DNA of 63,326 nt, counting the filler, from Octopus bimaculoides (Eukaryota): the NCBI RefSeq assembly GCF_001194135.2. It is 7 parts of 6 records of this genome, joined end to end, with 100 filler letters (N's around TTAATTAATTAA, not from the genome) between each part and the next. Parts side by side here need not be neighbours in the genome. Positions count along the whole stretch, not along the records: positions 50,972 to 58,378 come from NC_068992.1; positions 58,479 to 61,783 come from NC_068981.1; positions 61,884 to 63,326 come from NC_068983.1; 4 more parts are not named here. One strand, written 5' to 3'. Position numbers and translations under genes: made by a program. Positions 50,972 through 63,326 of the stretch are shown in pieces; within the stretch, counting starts at the first letter, position 1; every line of letters starts with the position of its first letter. Under the pieces are notes generated by a model. That model saw only the letters and a program-made list of their open reading frames with translations. It was not told where the DNA came from and did no database searches.

Positions 50972-51007
<36 letters not shown>

Positions 51008-51009
<2 letters not shown>

Positions 51010-51123
51010 GATGGGCTTCTTTCAGTTTCCGTCTACCAAATCTACCGACAATGCTCTGGTCAGCCAGAAGCTATAGTAGAAGACACTTGCCGAAGATGGC
51101 ATGCAGTGGGACTGAACCCGGAA
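51008..51123 (-). mobile_element. SINE family A head fragment
   Basis: GGGCTTCTTTCAGTTTCCGTCTACCAAAT...AGAAGACACTTGCC...GGGACTGAACCCGGAACC. Confidence 0.85.
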
Positions 51124-51431
51124 CCCGCTGCGTTGCATGGTTTAGCTTCGTTACTATGTCCGGATACTTATTGATCAAACCTAGTATACCACTCTATACG
51201 AGTGAGTGTCAATAGATTTGGTTTGAAAAAAACAGGTGTCGTTTATCTTTCATACCGAACTGCAGCGTGGGCATATCAATAGAGAACGAAAAAATGAGTC
51301 CCAATTTGAAAAAAAATTGTGTCAACAGCCGATATTATTGACTAAAAGATTTTGGGCGGTGGCCCTCTGTGAAAGCGACCTATTAACAAAAGCCATTAAA
51401 CGAATAAAGAAAAGTGCTCTTACACACACAG

Positions 51432-51467
<36 letters not shown>

Positions 51468-52358
51468 AGTGTGCGTGTGATGTTATGAAAGTGTGTGTGT
51501 GCATATTTTTGTATACGTATATGTGGTGAAGAGATTTTAGTCCCTGTATATTGTCTTGAAAATGCGAATGCGTTCTAGGTCGATCGTATTATATCAATTT
51601 ATTCTTCACAGTCAACAGAATGACGCAACATCTTTTGTATAATCCTGTTATATGTCCCGGCTTCATGTCTTCTAAGAGCAACACCTACGAACAGCACAAG
51701 TGTTACACTGTATTGCCTTTGTAGTTGTATGTATGTGTGTGTATATATGTATATAAATATGTGTGTGTGTCTANNNNNNNNNNNNNNNNNNNNNNNNNNN
51801 NNNNNNNNNNNNNNNNNNNNNNNNNNNNNNNNNNNNNNNNNNNNNNNNNNNNNNNNNNNNNNNNNNNNNNNNNNNNNNNNNNNNNNNNNNNNNNNNNNNN
51901 NNNNNNNNNNNNNNNNNNNNNNNNNNNNNNNNNNNNNNNNNNNNNNNNNNNNNNNNNNNNNNNNNNNNNNNNNNNNNNNNNNNNNNNNNNNNNNNNNNNN
52001 NNNNNNNNNNNNNNNNNNNNNNNNNNNNNNNNNNNNNNNNNNNNNNNNNNNNNNNNNNNNNNNNNNNNNNNNNNNNNNNNNNNNNNNNNNNNNNNNNNNN
52101 NNNNNNNNNNNNNNNNNACCGATGCTGGTGTGTTTACGTCCCCGTAACTTAGCGGTTCGGCAAATGATAACCGATAGAATAAGTACTAGGAATACAAAGA
52201 ATAAGTCCTGCCCTAACTCTTCGAAACGCCAGTGTTATAATGATGGCAGCTGATGAAGGAAACGTTCTCTATGTGGCCTGTGTACTTTCTGTACCCAGAT
52301 ATGCATATACATGTAGATGAAGGTATGTACATACATGTACATATATATGCATATACAC

Positions 52359-52399
<41 letters not shown>

Positions 52400-53739
52400 C
52401 CTGAAGGATTAAAATTAATCAGAACAAAATGGCGATTTAAATAAGAGTTTTTTGACTGCTATTTCCAGCAGGTAGACATACTTAGTGTGTCCTTTGATTG
52501 ATGTTAATTCTTCAACTTTTTAATGCTTTTTTGGGCCTGGAATCCCCTATATCATTGATTCTGTTATTATCATTTTTAATTGTTATACTAGATAATACTA
52601 GAATCAATAATATCTTCGCAAATATTATCTCCTGAATTATTTGCTCTGTATTGATATATAAATATATATATAATTGAAGAGCTTACTTTCAAAACCAGGT
52701 ATATACGTATATATATATATATATATATATAATCGTCACTAATTATAACTGACGGTCGAGCCGAGGCACCCACAGTCATTGTTAGTCACGATGAAAATTT
52801 TCCTTTATGATATTATATTGTACCTAACTATTTATATTAATTTTAAACACACGCACTCACACACACACACACACAGATAATAAGCTGCGAATTATTTGAA
52901 GACTCGTCGAATATTCTCCATGGTTAAATACTTCGTTTAGACTTCAATGATACTCGCTGTAGTCTGTGATTCACTATTTTCGATGGAAACTTGTCCTGCA
53001 TCTCAAGCAATATAACTTACTATATTTTTACCCCAGTACAGTACAACTACCGCCAAGTGCATTTCACTATCTCACTAAGACAGACAATTTTATCCGATTA
53101 TATATATATATATATATAAAAGATTTAGATTTATATTCAAAATTGAATATGGTACTTATGTTTAGGCACCAGAATATAGTATGGTATTATCCAAAAACCA
53201 TTCTAAAAATGAGGAGATCAAAAAATCAAAATAAGCAACACGGATATGGTTATGTCAAGATGGATTTTTATGCATTCTTCTTCCCACTTGGATTTTAAAT
53301 GTTGCCACAATTATAATATGTCTATTCTACTGTAATTTTCTACATTTTTGTGCAGCTGAAGATTGCTCTACATATTGCATTTAATGTAATGCTCGCATTA
53401 CTTAAATAAATGGAGTAGCATGAAACGTGCGTACTGCAATCATCTTTAACAGCGCTAACTTCGCTGTCTTTTGTTTGCCTGTGGCCGACATTTTACGTAA
53501 AGCGTGGCACAATGAGAATCTGGTGTTTATTATTAGCAACAGGGAAGGGAGGAATGGCGATACCACGTAGTATTTAATGATGGATAATTTTGTGTCCTTG
53601 TGTGTGTGTGACTGTATTCGAGGTGGTGCAATTGACTACATAAATACTTAAATACTATTACTAGGTGTATAAATTACTATTATTAGTGAGAAGTGAAATA
53701 ACAATAAATATACGGCAAGAGAAAAATAATCATATATAT

Positions 53740-53795
<56 letters not shown>

Positions 53796-55337
53796 NNNNN
53801 NNNNNNNNNNNNNNNNNNNNNNNNNNNNNNNNNNNNNNNNNNNNNNNNNNNNNNNNNNNNNNNNNNNNNNNNNNNNNNNNNNNNNNNNNNNNNNNNNNNN
53901 NNNNNNNNNNNNNNNNNNNNNNNNNNNNNNNNNNNNNNNNNNNNNNNNNNNNNNNNNNNNNNNNNNNNNNNNNNNNNNNNNNNNNNNNNNNNNNNNNNNN
54001 NNNNNNNNNNNNNNNNNNNNNNNNNNNNNNNNNNNNNNNNNNNNNNNNNNNNNNNNNNNNNNNNNNNNNNNNNNNNNNNNNNNNNNNNNNNNNNNNNNNN
54101 NNNNNNNNNNNNNNNNNNNNNNNNNNNNNNNNNNNNNNNNNNNNNNNNNNNNNNNNNNNNNNNNNNNNNNNNNNNNNNNNNNNNNNNNNNNNNNNNNNNN
54201 NNNNNNNNNNNNNNNNNNNNNNNNNNNNNNNNNNNNNNNNNNNNNNNNNNNNNNNNNNNNNNNNNNNNNNNNNNNNNNNNNNNNNNNNNNNNNNNNNNNN
54301 NNNNNNNNNNNNNNNNNNNNNNNNNNNNNNNNNNNNNNNNNNNNNNNNNNNNNNNNNNNNNNNNNNNNNNNNNNNNNNNNNNNNNNNNNNNNNNNNNNNN
54401 NNNNNNNNNNNNNNNNNNNNNNNNNNNNNNNNNNNNNNNNNNNNNNNNNNNNNNNNNNNNNNNNNNNNNNNNNNNNNNNNNNNNNNNNNNNNNNNNNNNN
54501 NNNNNNNNNNNNNNNNNNNNNNNNNNNNNNNNNNNNNNNNNNNNNNNNNNTATATATATATATATGCAATAATTAATTCCGAGTTTAGTTGATATCGATA
54601 TGGTTGCTATTGTGTGTAGCAAACATCGCGTGGTGTGTTTCTCTTCATTGGTTACCGATTTGAAAGCGCGTCTCTTAACAGTTAGACCTCAAGCCTATGA
54701 CCACGAAGCCACGGTTTCGATTCCTTGGACGAACGGTGCAACGTGCTCTTGAGCCAAACACTTCATTCTCTCATTTCTTTTCTCTGCAGGCTGCAAAATT
54801 TATAAAATAAATTTGGCGAGATATTTCTTAAGCTGCAATTGTTGTTAAGACCCCAGGACAGAGCTCTCACCAAGCAAACCAATAGCCAATGCGCTCTAGC
54901 CATGACCATCCTTCCCTATGCACCAGTGTCTCATACATCAATGTCTTCCTTATACACCAATGTCCAATGTCCAATGTATCCTTCAGTTTTTAAAGCAGTT
55001 GCTATGTGATTAAAAGGTTTACTTGTTATTTTTAGCAGGATGACAAACCACGTACAGGCTCTCTCTCACGTACCCCTTCTCCTTCCATCTCCTCCACCGT
55101 TTTCTTGTCTCTCTTCCTGACCGTCACCGTTCTTTCTGCTCCCACCCCCACCTAACCCGCTCCTTGTTTAGCCTAAATAATTTTAGCTTATCACTAATTT
55201 TCAAGTCAGTTCTGATGAAGCAGGACATGCGTATTGTCAAAATACAAATCATCCGTGACCAACTAGTCGAGTATTTATTTCACGATACATTTAGAACCAC
55301 GTTGCTTTTCAAATGTGTCCCTTCCTTTCTCTGCCAG

Positions 55338-55416
55338 TGTGTATGAAGTGAAGGAGATTTCGCTACTGTGTCGAGCATGTCGAGCATGTCGAGCGACCAG
55401 AAGTTTCGTGGTGACC
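55338..55416 (+). other. Candidate 79-nt exon (unassigned)
   Basis: Acceptor CCCTTCCTTTCTCTGCCAG| and donor GACC|GTAAGT. An internal ATG at 55377 gives MSSMSSDQKFRGD. Confidence 0.3.
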
Positions 55417-55789
55417 GTAAGTTACTGGGTTCAATCAACAGAGATGACTGGGTGGGTGGGGAAATGGAGTAGTGTAGCGATTGGTAAAGTNNNNNNNNNN
55501 NNNNNNNNNNNNNNNNNNNNNNNNNNNNNNNNNNNNNNNNNNNNNNNNNNNNNNNNNNNNNNNNNNNNNNNNNNNNNNNNNNNNNNNNNNNNNNNNNNNN
55601 NNNNNNNNNNNNNNNNNNNNNNNNNNNNNNNNNNNNNNNNNNNNNNNNNNNNNNNNNNNNNNNNNNNNNNNNNNNNNNNNNNNNNNNNNNNNNNNAGAAT
55701 GATTACTGTGTCAAACTAATGTCACGCGGAGCGAAGGTGGTTGGGGGCGGTAGAGAGAGATTAATTTTCTGTCTCCTTTTCGTTTACTT

Positions 55790-56135
<346 letters not shown>

Positions 56136-56793
56136 TGGTGGAACTCCCGCCGCTGGAAAGCGGAACCCGATAGTCTCCATAACGCTACCTTGTTATCTAT
56201 GCATATATTCTGCACCCGCTTACATATATACATGCTATACACACACATACATGTGCATACATTCACACACACACGCACACGTACATATTCACAAGCAACC
56301 ATACATACTCTTACACATACACACACATATCCAAATGTGGGCATATAGATTTGAGGACGTGGAGGTCTATCATTGTGTATCTCGTGTGTGTGTGTGTGTG
56401 TGTGTGTATCTGTGTGTGTGTGTATGTGTGTGCGTGTATACATACCCTAGCACACGTACATATAAGTACACGTGTGTATGTATGTGTGTGAGAAGAGGTA
56501 ACTTGCATGCATGTTTTACTCACATGTATGTCTGTGTGTATGCACACAGGTATGTATGTATGTATGTATGTATGCATGCATGTATGTATGGTTGGATGGA
56601 TGGATGGATGAATGGATAGATATATGGATGTATGGATGTACGAATGTATGTATGTATGTATGTATGTATGTATCAATGTATGTATCAATGTATGTATGTA
56701 TGTAGGAGAATATACAAATAATAACAACAGACGAGGACAGGTGGTGTAAATAACAAAAGTATATATTAGTATGACGCTCGGGAATACGGAAAG

Positions 56794-56830
56794 TCTTTGA
56801 CGTTTCGAGCTACGCTCTTCAACAGAAAGA
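56794..56830 (-). ncRNA. Minimal type-I hammerhead-ribozyme-like motif (core variant), probably within a Penelope-like/retrozyme remnant at about 56705-56880
   Basis: UCUUU-CUGUUGA-A-GAGC-GUA-GCUC-GAAA-C-GU-C-AAAGA: stem I 5 bp, stem II 4 bp, loopless palindromic helix III (ACGU) and a GUC site. Position 6 is U instead of A. Confidence 0.5.
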
Positions 56831-56917
56831 ATACGGAGACAAGGAGAAAAACACGGAGAAAAAAAATTGAATAGTGTTCAGTCAACGGTCAATCATAATA
56901 GTATTTGTGCAAATATA

Positions 56918-57098
56918 TAGGCGCAGGTGTGGCTGTGTGGTAAGTCGCTTGCTTACCAACCACATGGTTCCGGGTTCAGACCCACAGCGTCGCACCATGG
57001 GCAAGCGTCTGGGGCCGACCAAAGCCTTGTGAGTAGATTTAATAGACGGAAACTGGAAGAAGCGTGTTGTACACACACACACACACAGACGTGTGTGT

Positions 57099-57159
<61 letters not shown>

Positions 57160-57565
57160 TGCGTGTACGTTTGTGTGTCTGTTTGTCCCCTACTTTCGTT
57201 TGACAACCGATGTTGTTGTGTTTGCGTCCCCGTAACTTAGCGCAGGCAAGTGTCTTCTACTATAGCCTCGGGCCAACTAAAGCCTTGTGAGTGGATTTGG
57301 CAGATGGAAACTGAAAGAAGCTCGTCGTATATATGTATATGTGTGTGTGTTTGAGTGTTTGTGTTTGTTCCCCTAGCATTGCTTGACCACCGATGCTGGT
57401 GTGTTTATGTCCCCGTCAGCTAGCGGTTCGGCAAAAGACAACCGATAGAATAAGTACTAGGCTTACAAAGAATAAGTCCCGGGGTCGATTTGCTCGACTA
57501 AAGGCGGTGCTCCAGCTTGGCCGCAGTCAAATGACTGAAACAAGTAAAAGAGTAAAAGAGTAAAG
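56918..57565 (+). mobile_element. Head-to-tail dimer of SINE family A
   Basis: Copy 1 (56918-57243) lacks its tail. Copy 2 (57244-57565) starts at GGCAAGTGTCTTC and ends in an (AGTAAAAG)n tail. Confidence 0.88.
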
Positions 57566-57899
57566 ACACGTACGCACATCTACACGCACAGGTATACATG
57601 CACACATATATACATACATATAAACATACATATATACATACATATACACATATATTCACAAGCAAACATACACACACACATATATATATATGTACACACG
57701 CGCGCGCGCGGTTGTGTGTTTATTTGTGCATGTATGGATGACAGGATGGATGAATTGATGGATGAATGCATAAATGTGTGTATATATGTATGCGCGTGTA
57801 TACAGCGTATATTGACGTGTGAGTATATTTACGAGTGGGGGTTGAAGCAGGTGTTCCCCCTAATCCCTTTCACCGTCCCATCAACGATGAATCACGCAC

Positions 57900-58038
57900 C
57901 CAGGTCATTGAGAGAGGCATTGCTGCTGCTGCTGCTACGGTTACTGTCGCCGCTGCTGCCCCTACCACTGCTGTTGCTGCGCGTTTGCTTGTTTTGCTTT
58001 ATGGCTAAGTTCGTGTGTGTTTCATTGTTGGTGTTCAT
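57900..58038 (-). other. Candidate first coding exon (Ser/Asn-rich), phase-compatible with the toxin-like gene
   Basis: ATG after an in-frame TAA: MNTNNETHTNLAIKQNKQTRSNSSGRGSSGDSNRSSSSSNASLNDL G|gtgcgt (phase 1). Lies in a GC-richer island with a CCAAT motif at about 58046. Confidence 0.2.
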
Positions 58039-58329
58039 AAATTAGCCAATGGCTTCCAAGTACGATTGCTTCTCCCCCACCCCCACCGCTTTTCGGCCGA
58101 GTGTGAAAATGACGCACTAAGTAAATACCGGGAGGACAGCGGGTGGTCCCTTGATGAGGGATTCATGAAGGGGAGTGGCTTATGTTAGTTGAGGGAAAGG
58201 CCACGGAGAAGCCTCGGAGAGGCAGTGGCGAAGACGTAGAGTGGCAATGGAGAAGCAATGGGAAGGCGGCGGGGTGGCTTCGGTGATGCTTTTGAAGTAA
58301 CGGAGTGGATATTAGAGTTTTATTTTTGA

Positions 58330-58378
<49 letters not shown>

Positions 58379-59311
58379 NNNNNNNNNNNNNNNNNNNNNN
58401 NNNNNNNNNNNNNNNNNNNNNNTTAATTAATTAANNNNNNNNNNNNNNNNNNNNNNNNNNNNNNNNNNNNNNNNNNNNATATATATATATATAAGGTTAC
58501 AAGACGTCACCAACAGTAAAAATATGAAATACAAAAACAAATGAGTAAAATACGCAAACAATGAGAGAAACAAATGGAAAACAGGAAAAGTAACACAAAG
58601 AACGACCCATCATCAGTTGTCGGCTGTGTATCTACTCCTCATTTCGAGCATTCAACGACAATATGAATCTTCGAAGATAGTTGCTCCCATAACTTCCAAA
58701 ATATATTTTGGATTTTATGGACGGTCAAAGTTGGGAAGAAAAACTTGGTGGTGGAGATATCCAAGGAAACCGAACGGAAACAAATATAGAAGGTCGTTAG
58801 ACCAGAACAAGGGTAAAATAGCGAACGCTATTATATAATTATAAATCAAAGCAAGGAAAAAAACCATTTCCTTCAAAAGGATGGACAAGATTCAGTTTTG
58901 ACTGGTACTACAGTTGAATACCACAAATAAAATGGTATAATTACAATATATAAATAAGAAATAACAATTTTACATTATATTATATCTTATTATAATATAA
59001 ATAAATTTTTAATATGAGAATTGTATTCCTCTATTTCCTTTAATGGATGTAAATAACAAGGGGAAACTCGTCGTTTTCGCTGGTATGCCTTTAATTTAAT
59101 TAAATAGCAAAGAAGAAGGAAGCAATGATGAAGGTAGCATTTACGATCGTTTCGATTTACTAGTTTTAGTAAATCTCTTCAGAATGCGGAAAATAGAGAC
59201 TGTACCTACCCAGGTAATAACCAGGAGCGACTTTGGATTTAATTACCCCTTAGAGGTATTAAACTCTTCTAACTGATACCTACACTATATATATATATTT
59301 AAACTGTTGCT

Positions 59312-59452
59312 GTAGGCGCAAGCTCTGAGGTATGAAGCTTGCTTCCCAACCACACGGTACCGGGTTCAGTTCCACCATGTGGCATAAACCTCGGATCGGC
59401 CAAAGCCTTGTGAGTGGATTTAGTTAACTGAAACCGAAAGAAGCTTATCGTG

Positions 59453-59510
<58 letters not shown>

Positions 59511-59745
59511 TATATATATATATATTTTCGTCTTTGTCTGTCTCCGCCCACCACTTGACAACCGGTGTTGGTGTCTTTACGTCTCCGTCACTTAGCGGTT
59601 CGGCCAAAGAGAACGCTAGAATAAGTACCACGCTTAAAAAAATAAAAACAAATAAGTACCGGGGTCGATTCATTCGATCAAAAACTTCCCCAATCTGGTG
59701 CCCCAGCATGGCCGCAGACAAATTGCTGAAACAAGTAAAAGATAA
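59312..59745 (+). mobile_element. SINE family A
   Basis: Head, (TA)n linker and tail match the other copies. Confidence 0.87.
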
Positions 59746-60690
59746 ACAATAAACGCAATATATATATATATTTCTATTTAAACTTTTGCTATTCATTCAT
59801 CCATGAAATTACACAATATCGTTCAGAGTTTTTTTTTTTTTCAATGAATGTAACAATCACCAGAGATCCATCTTAAATTCCTCTCTCTTCACTTCAGTGG
59901 GGAGACTGTTATTCTTGTGCTATCAGTATCGATTAAGCGTTAATCTCTTCTTTAGTCTTCTGACAATCTCCTCGTTTCGGGTTTGTATAAATGTGACAAC
60001 TTAAATCGCGCTCAAATCTGATGCGGCTTTACTTTTTGTATTTGTCATTGCTTAACGTTTATCGTCAGGCATCGACTGACTGACTAACAGTGTTCGTGTG
60101 GTCCCTTTTCTTCAGAATAGGCAGCAGAGTGTAATAAACTATAGACAGACACAAAGACAGGGAAAATGAGCTTGCTAATTGAAATTGAGAAGGGAAAAAA
60201 AATGCAAACGTTAATCATAGCTAAATAAGTGTGTGTGTGGGGGGGGGGGCAAAGATAAAAGCTTGTTGCAACGTTTTTCCTTCATGTAAAGCCAAGAGAC
60301 TTCTCTGATTGAAATAAAGTATGGAATGATATAGTGTTGAAAGAAGAGGAAAATGAATTTACATCTGCTATTGTTTGTGCTAATAGCTGCCAGGATGAGC
60401 CCTTTTGTGTGTGTGTGTGTGTGTGTGTTTCTTGTTGTTGTTATTAGAGAGAAGCAGGAATAAACACTTGAAAGCAGAGGGAGCAACATTCGGGCCTTTC
60501 GGATTGGCGCGTAAAAAGACGAGTAACTTAGACACATACACAAAAGAAAAAAAACAGATACAAACGCATCCACACTTATAACATACAAATACCCACATAC
60601 ACATACATACACACACACACACACATACACACACGCATACACACACACAAATATGTATGTGTGTGTTTAAACTTTTACAAGAAGAGGTTC

Positions 60691-60927
60691 ACAGTAACTT
60701 CGAAGGTTTGATTAGCTCGCCTTCGTCAGACTTTGGAAGCCGCAGCGAATCTTTTCCTTGTAAGAATTTAATAAATATATCCGCCATTAGAAAGCATTTA
60801 AATGTGTATCTGATTTTTTACAAGATTGACAGTAACTTCGAAGGTTTGATTAGCTCGCCTTCGTCAGACTTTAAAGGTGGCAGCAAATCTTTTCCTTATA
60901 AGAATTTAATAAAAATATCCGCCATTA
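60691..60927. repeat. Direct repeat of about 99 nt (60691-60789 and 60829-60927; period 138)
   Basis: The first 44 nt are identical (ACAGTAACTTCGAAGGTTTGATTAGCTCGCCTTCGTCAGACTTT). Confidence 0.93.
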
Positions 60928-60974
60928 TAAAGTTTTGAGTAAACATTCAGTTTAATGTTAATTCAAACTGCGTG

Positions 60975-61783
60975 ACACCTTAGGCAAGTGTTTTCTACAA
61001 CAGCCTCGGGCCGACCAAATGTTTGCCAATGGAATTGGTAGATGGCAACTGAAAGAAGCCTGTTGTGTGTGTGTGCGCGTGTGTGTTTCTGTATTTGTCC
61101 CCAACCACCGCTTGAGGACCGGTGTTGGTGTGTTTACGTCCCCGTAACTTAGCGGCTCGGCAAAAGCGGCCGATAGAATAAAGTACCAGACTTTAAAAGA
61201 AAATTAGTACTTGGATCGATTCGTTCCACGAAAATTCTCCAAGGTGGTGCCCCAGCATGGCCGCAGTCTAATGACTGAACATAAGCAAAAGAAATTATAT
61301 ATTTTTTTTGTTGTTGTTTTAGTCTTTTGACTGCGGCCATGCTGGAGCACCGTTTTCCTTTGCTGAACCGCTAAGTTTCGGTGATGTAAACATACCGACA
61401 TCGGTGGTCAAGCGATGGTGATGGGGTCAAACACAAACACACAAACACATTCACACAAATATATGCATACACACACACACACACATACACACACACATAT
61501 AAATGATAATATATTTACTCTTTTACTCTTTTACTTGTTTCAGTCATTTGACTGCGGCCATGCTGGAGCACCGCCTTTAGTCGAGCAAATCGACCCCAGG
61601 ACTTATTCTTTGGAAGCCTAGTACTTATTCTATCGATCTTGTTTGCCGAACCGCTAAGTTACGGGGACGTAAACACACCAGCATCGGTTGTCAAGCGATG
61701 TTGGGGGGACAAACACAGACACACAAACACACATACACACACACATATACATATATATATATATACATATATACGACAGGCTT
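60975..61783. mobile_element. SINE family A cluster: + copy 60975-61290, - copies about 61305-61440 and 61520-61783
   Basis: Shared CGGTGCTCCAGCATGGCCGCAGTC and CCCCGTAACTTAGCGG motifs in opposite orientations. Confidence 0.87.
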
Positions 61784-62297
61784 NNNNNNNNNNNNNNNNN
61801 NNNNNNNNNNNNNNNNNNNNNNNNNNNTTAATTAATTAANNNNNNNNNNNNNNNNNNNNNNNNNNNNNNNNNNNNNNNNNNNNATATATATATATATATA
61901 TATATATAGGGGAATCAGGAAATATATATTTTTTAAATGTCGATGTCATATGATACTGGTAATCTGTGAATACAGTTCGCATACATACGCACCGGATATA
62001 CATCTACCCATCCATAGACACACATACAATTATATATCCATTTATATATGCATAGACATACTGATATACATATATATAAATATAAATGTATATATGCATA
62101 TACTCATATATTGTTTATATGAACTGATTTTGCGTTTAATACGACCGCTTCCGACAACAAACAACAATTTCGGTTAAATGTCTCACTTCGAAATATTNNN
62201 NNNNNNNNNNNNNNNNNNNNNNNNNNNNNNNNNNNNNNNNNNNNNNNNNNNNNNNNNNNNNNNNNNNNNNNNNNNNNNNNNNNNNNNNNNNNNNNNN

Positions 62298-62331
<34 letters not shown>

Positions 62332-62540
62332 ATACATACATGTGTATGCATGTATATGTGTGTATACATATGTGTATGCACGTATGTATGTGTGCAGATA
62401 TCATGCTGGTTGGGAATACACGATGTGTAAAGTATTTCTGCACTTAAGCTCTGAAATGTATCTTACGCAGAGAAATGATAATAATAATAATAATAATAGT
62501 AATAATAATAATGATGACGGTGATGATGATGATGATGATG

Positions 62541-62582
<42 letters not shown>

Positions 62583-62693
62583 CCTCTGTTAACAACAGCA
62601 AAAGTAATCTAAAAGATTTTTTTTAAAAATTGAATTAAAAAGAAATGGAAACATCAAATAATTACAACAAAAAGCAACCGAAACGAAGAGATG

Positions 62694-62754
<61 letters not shown>

Positions 62755-62894
62755 GCATAAGTATATATATAAGTTTGCATATTTATGTAGATTTATGTAT
62801 GTGTAGAAATATATTTATATACATATACATATATATATATATATACATATATATATATGCATACATATATATATCTACAAATATACAAATGCGC

Positions 62895-62933
<39 letters not shown>

Positions 62934-63326
62934 TGAATGCGGGATAAATGCCGAGCTGGGGACAAGTGAATGATTTCCAGCCGTGTCCGTGAATATTTAT
63001 GTGAACCTACGGCTGTGCACGGGAGTGCATCGATGTGAGACTAGTGTTATATATCTCGGTACATGCCCTTGGCAGCAATAGTCAGACGAAAAGCGCTAGC
63101 GTAACACGTTGCCTTATGATAACAACAACAACAACAACAACAACAACGACGACAACAACAACGACAGCTGCAGCAACAACAACAATAACACTAGCGCCAC
63201 CTACAACAACAATAACAGAAATGGCTGCAGCTACAACATTGGCGACAAGGATAACGTTATTCGAACTCATACGCATTGTTTTTTTGTTTTTGATGTTATG
63301 TTTGTATCCATATATATATATATATA

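Noticed and set aside
57850-58008. + frame VPPNPFHRP...AAAAA joined to the 55338 exon
   Set aside because: The acceptor is purine-rich, and openness is explained by (GCT)n low complexity.
60700-60735. Hammerhead ribozyme on - (CTGACGA-AGG...CCT-TCGAAG)
   Set aside because: Extra bases before GAA, no A15.1/U16.1 helix III, and no stem I partner.

Overview
This is AT-rich eukaryotic genomic DNA, dense in microsatellites and SINEs, with many N gaps. The repeat families suggest a cephalopod, probably Octopus (inference). Almost all ORFs in the supplied track are microsatellite or N-gap artefacts. One intact-looking protein-coding gene is supported: a minus-strand, two-coding-exon gene (48258-47896 and 46269-45868, about 254 aa) for an aerolysin-like ETX/MTX2-type beta-pore-forming protein. 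Reading outside the ORF track also shows: (1) a decayed, intron-containing two-gene unit at 34008-35452, with a THAP gene on + facing a SAP/SWIM gene on - (ISL2EU/PIF-Harbinger-like, centre deleted); (2) a strong pre-miRNA-like hairpin at 41385-41472 and a second at 27769-27834; (3) a minimal hammerhead-ribozyme-like motif at 56794-56830; (4) fragments of RTE-like and L1/Tx1-like LINEs and Tc1/mariner and Tigger-like remnants; (5) about four tRNA-derived SINE families; (6) a 44-bp palindrome-bearing minisatellite. All family calls come from manual translation and motif recognition, not database searches. Repeat boundaries are approximate.
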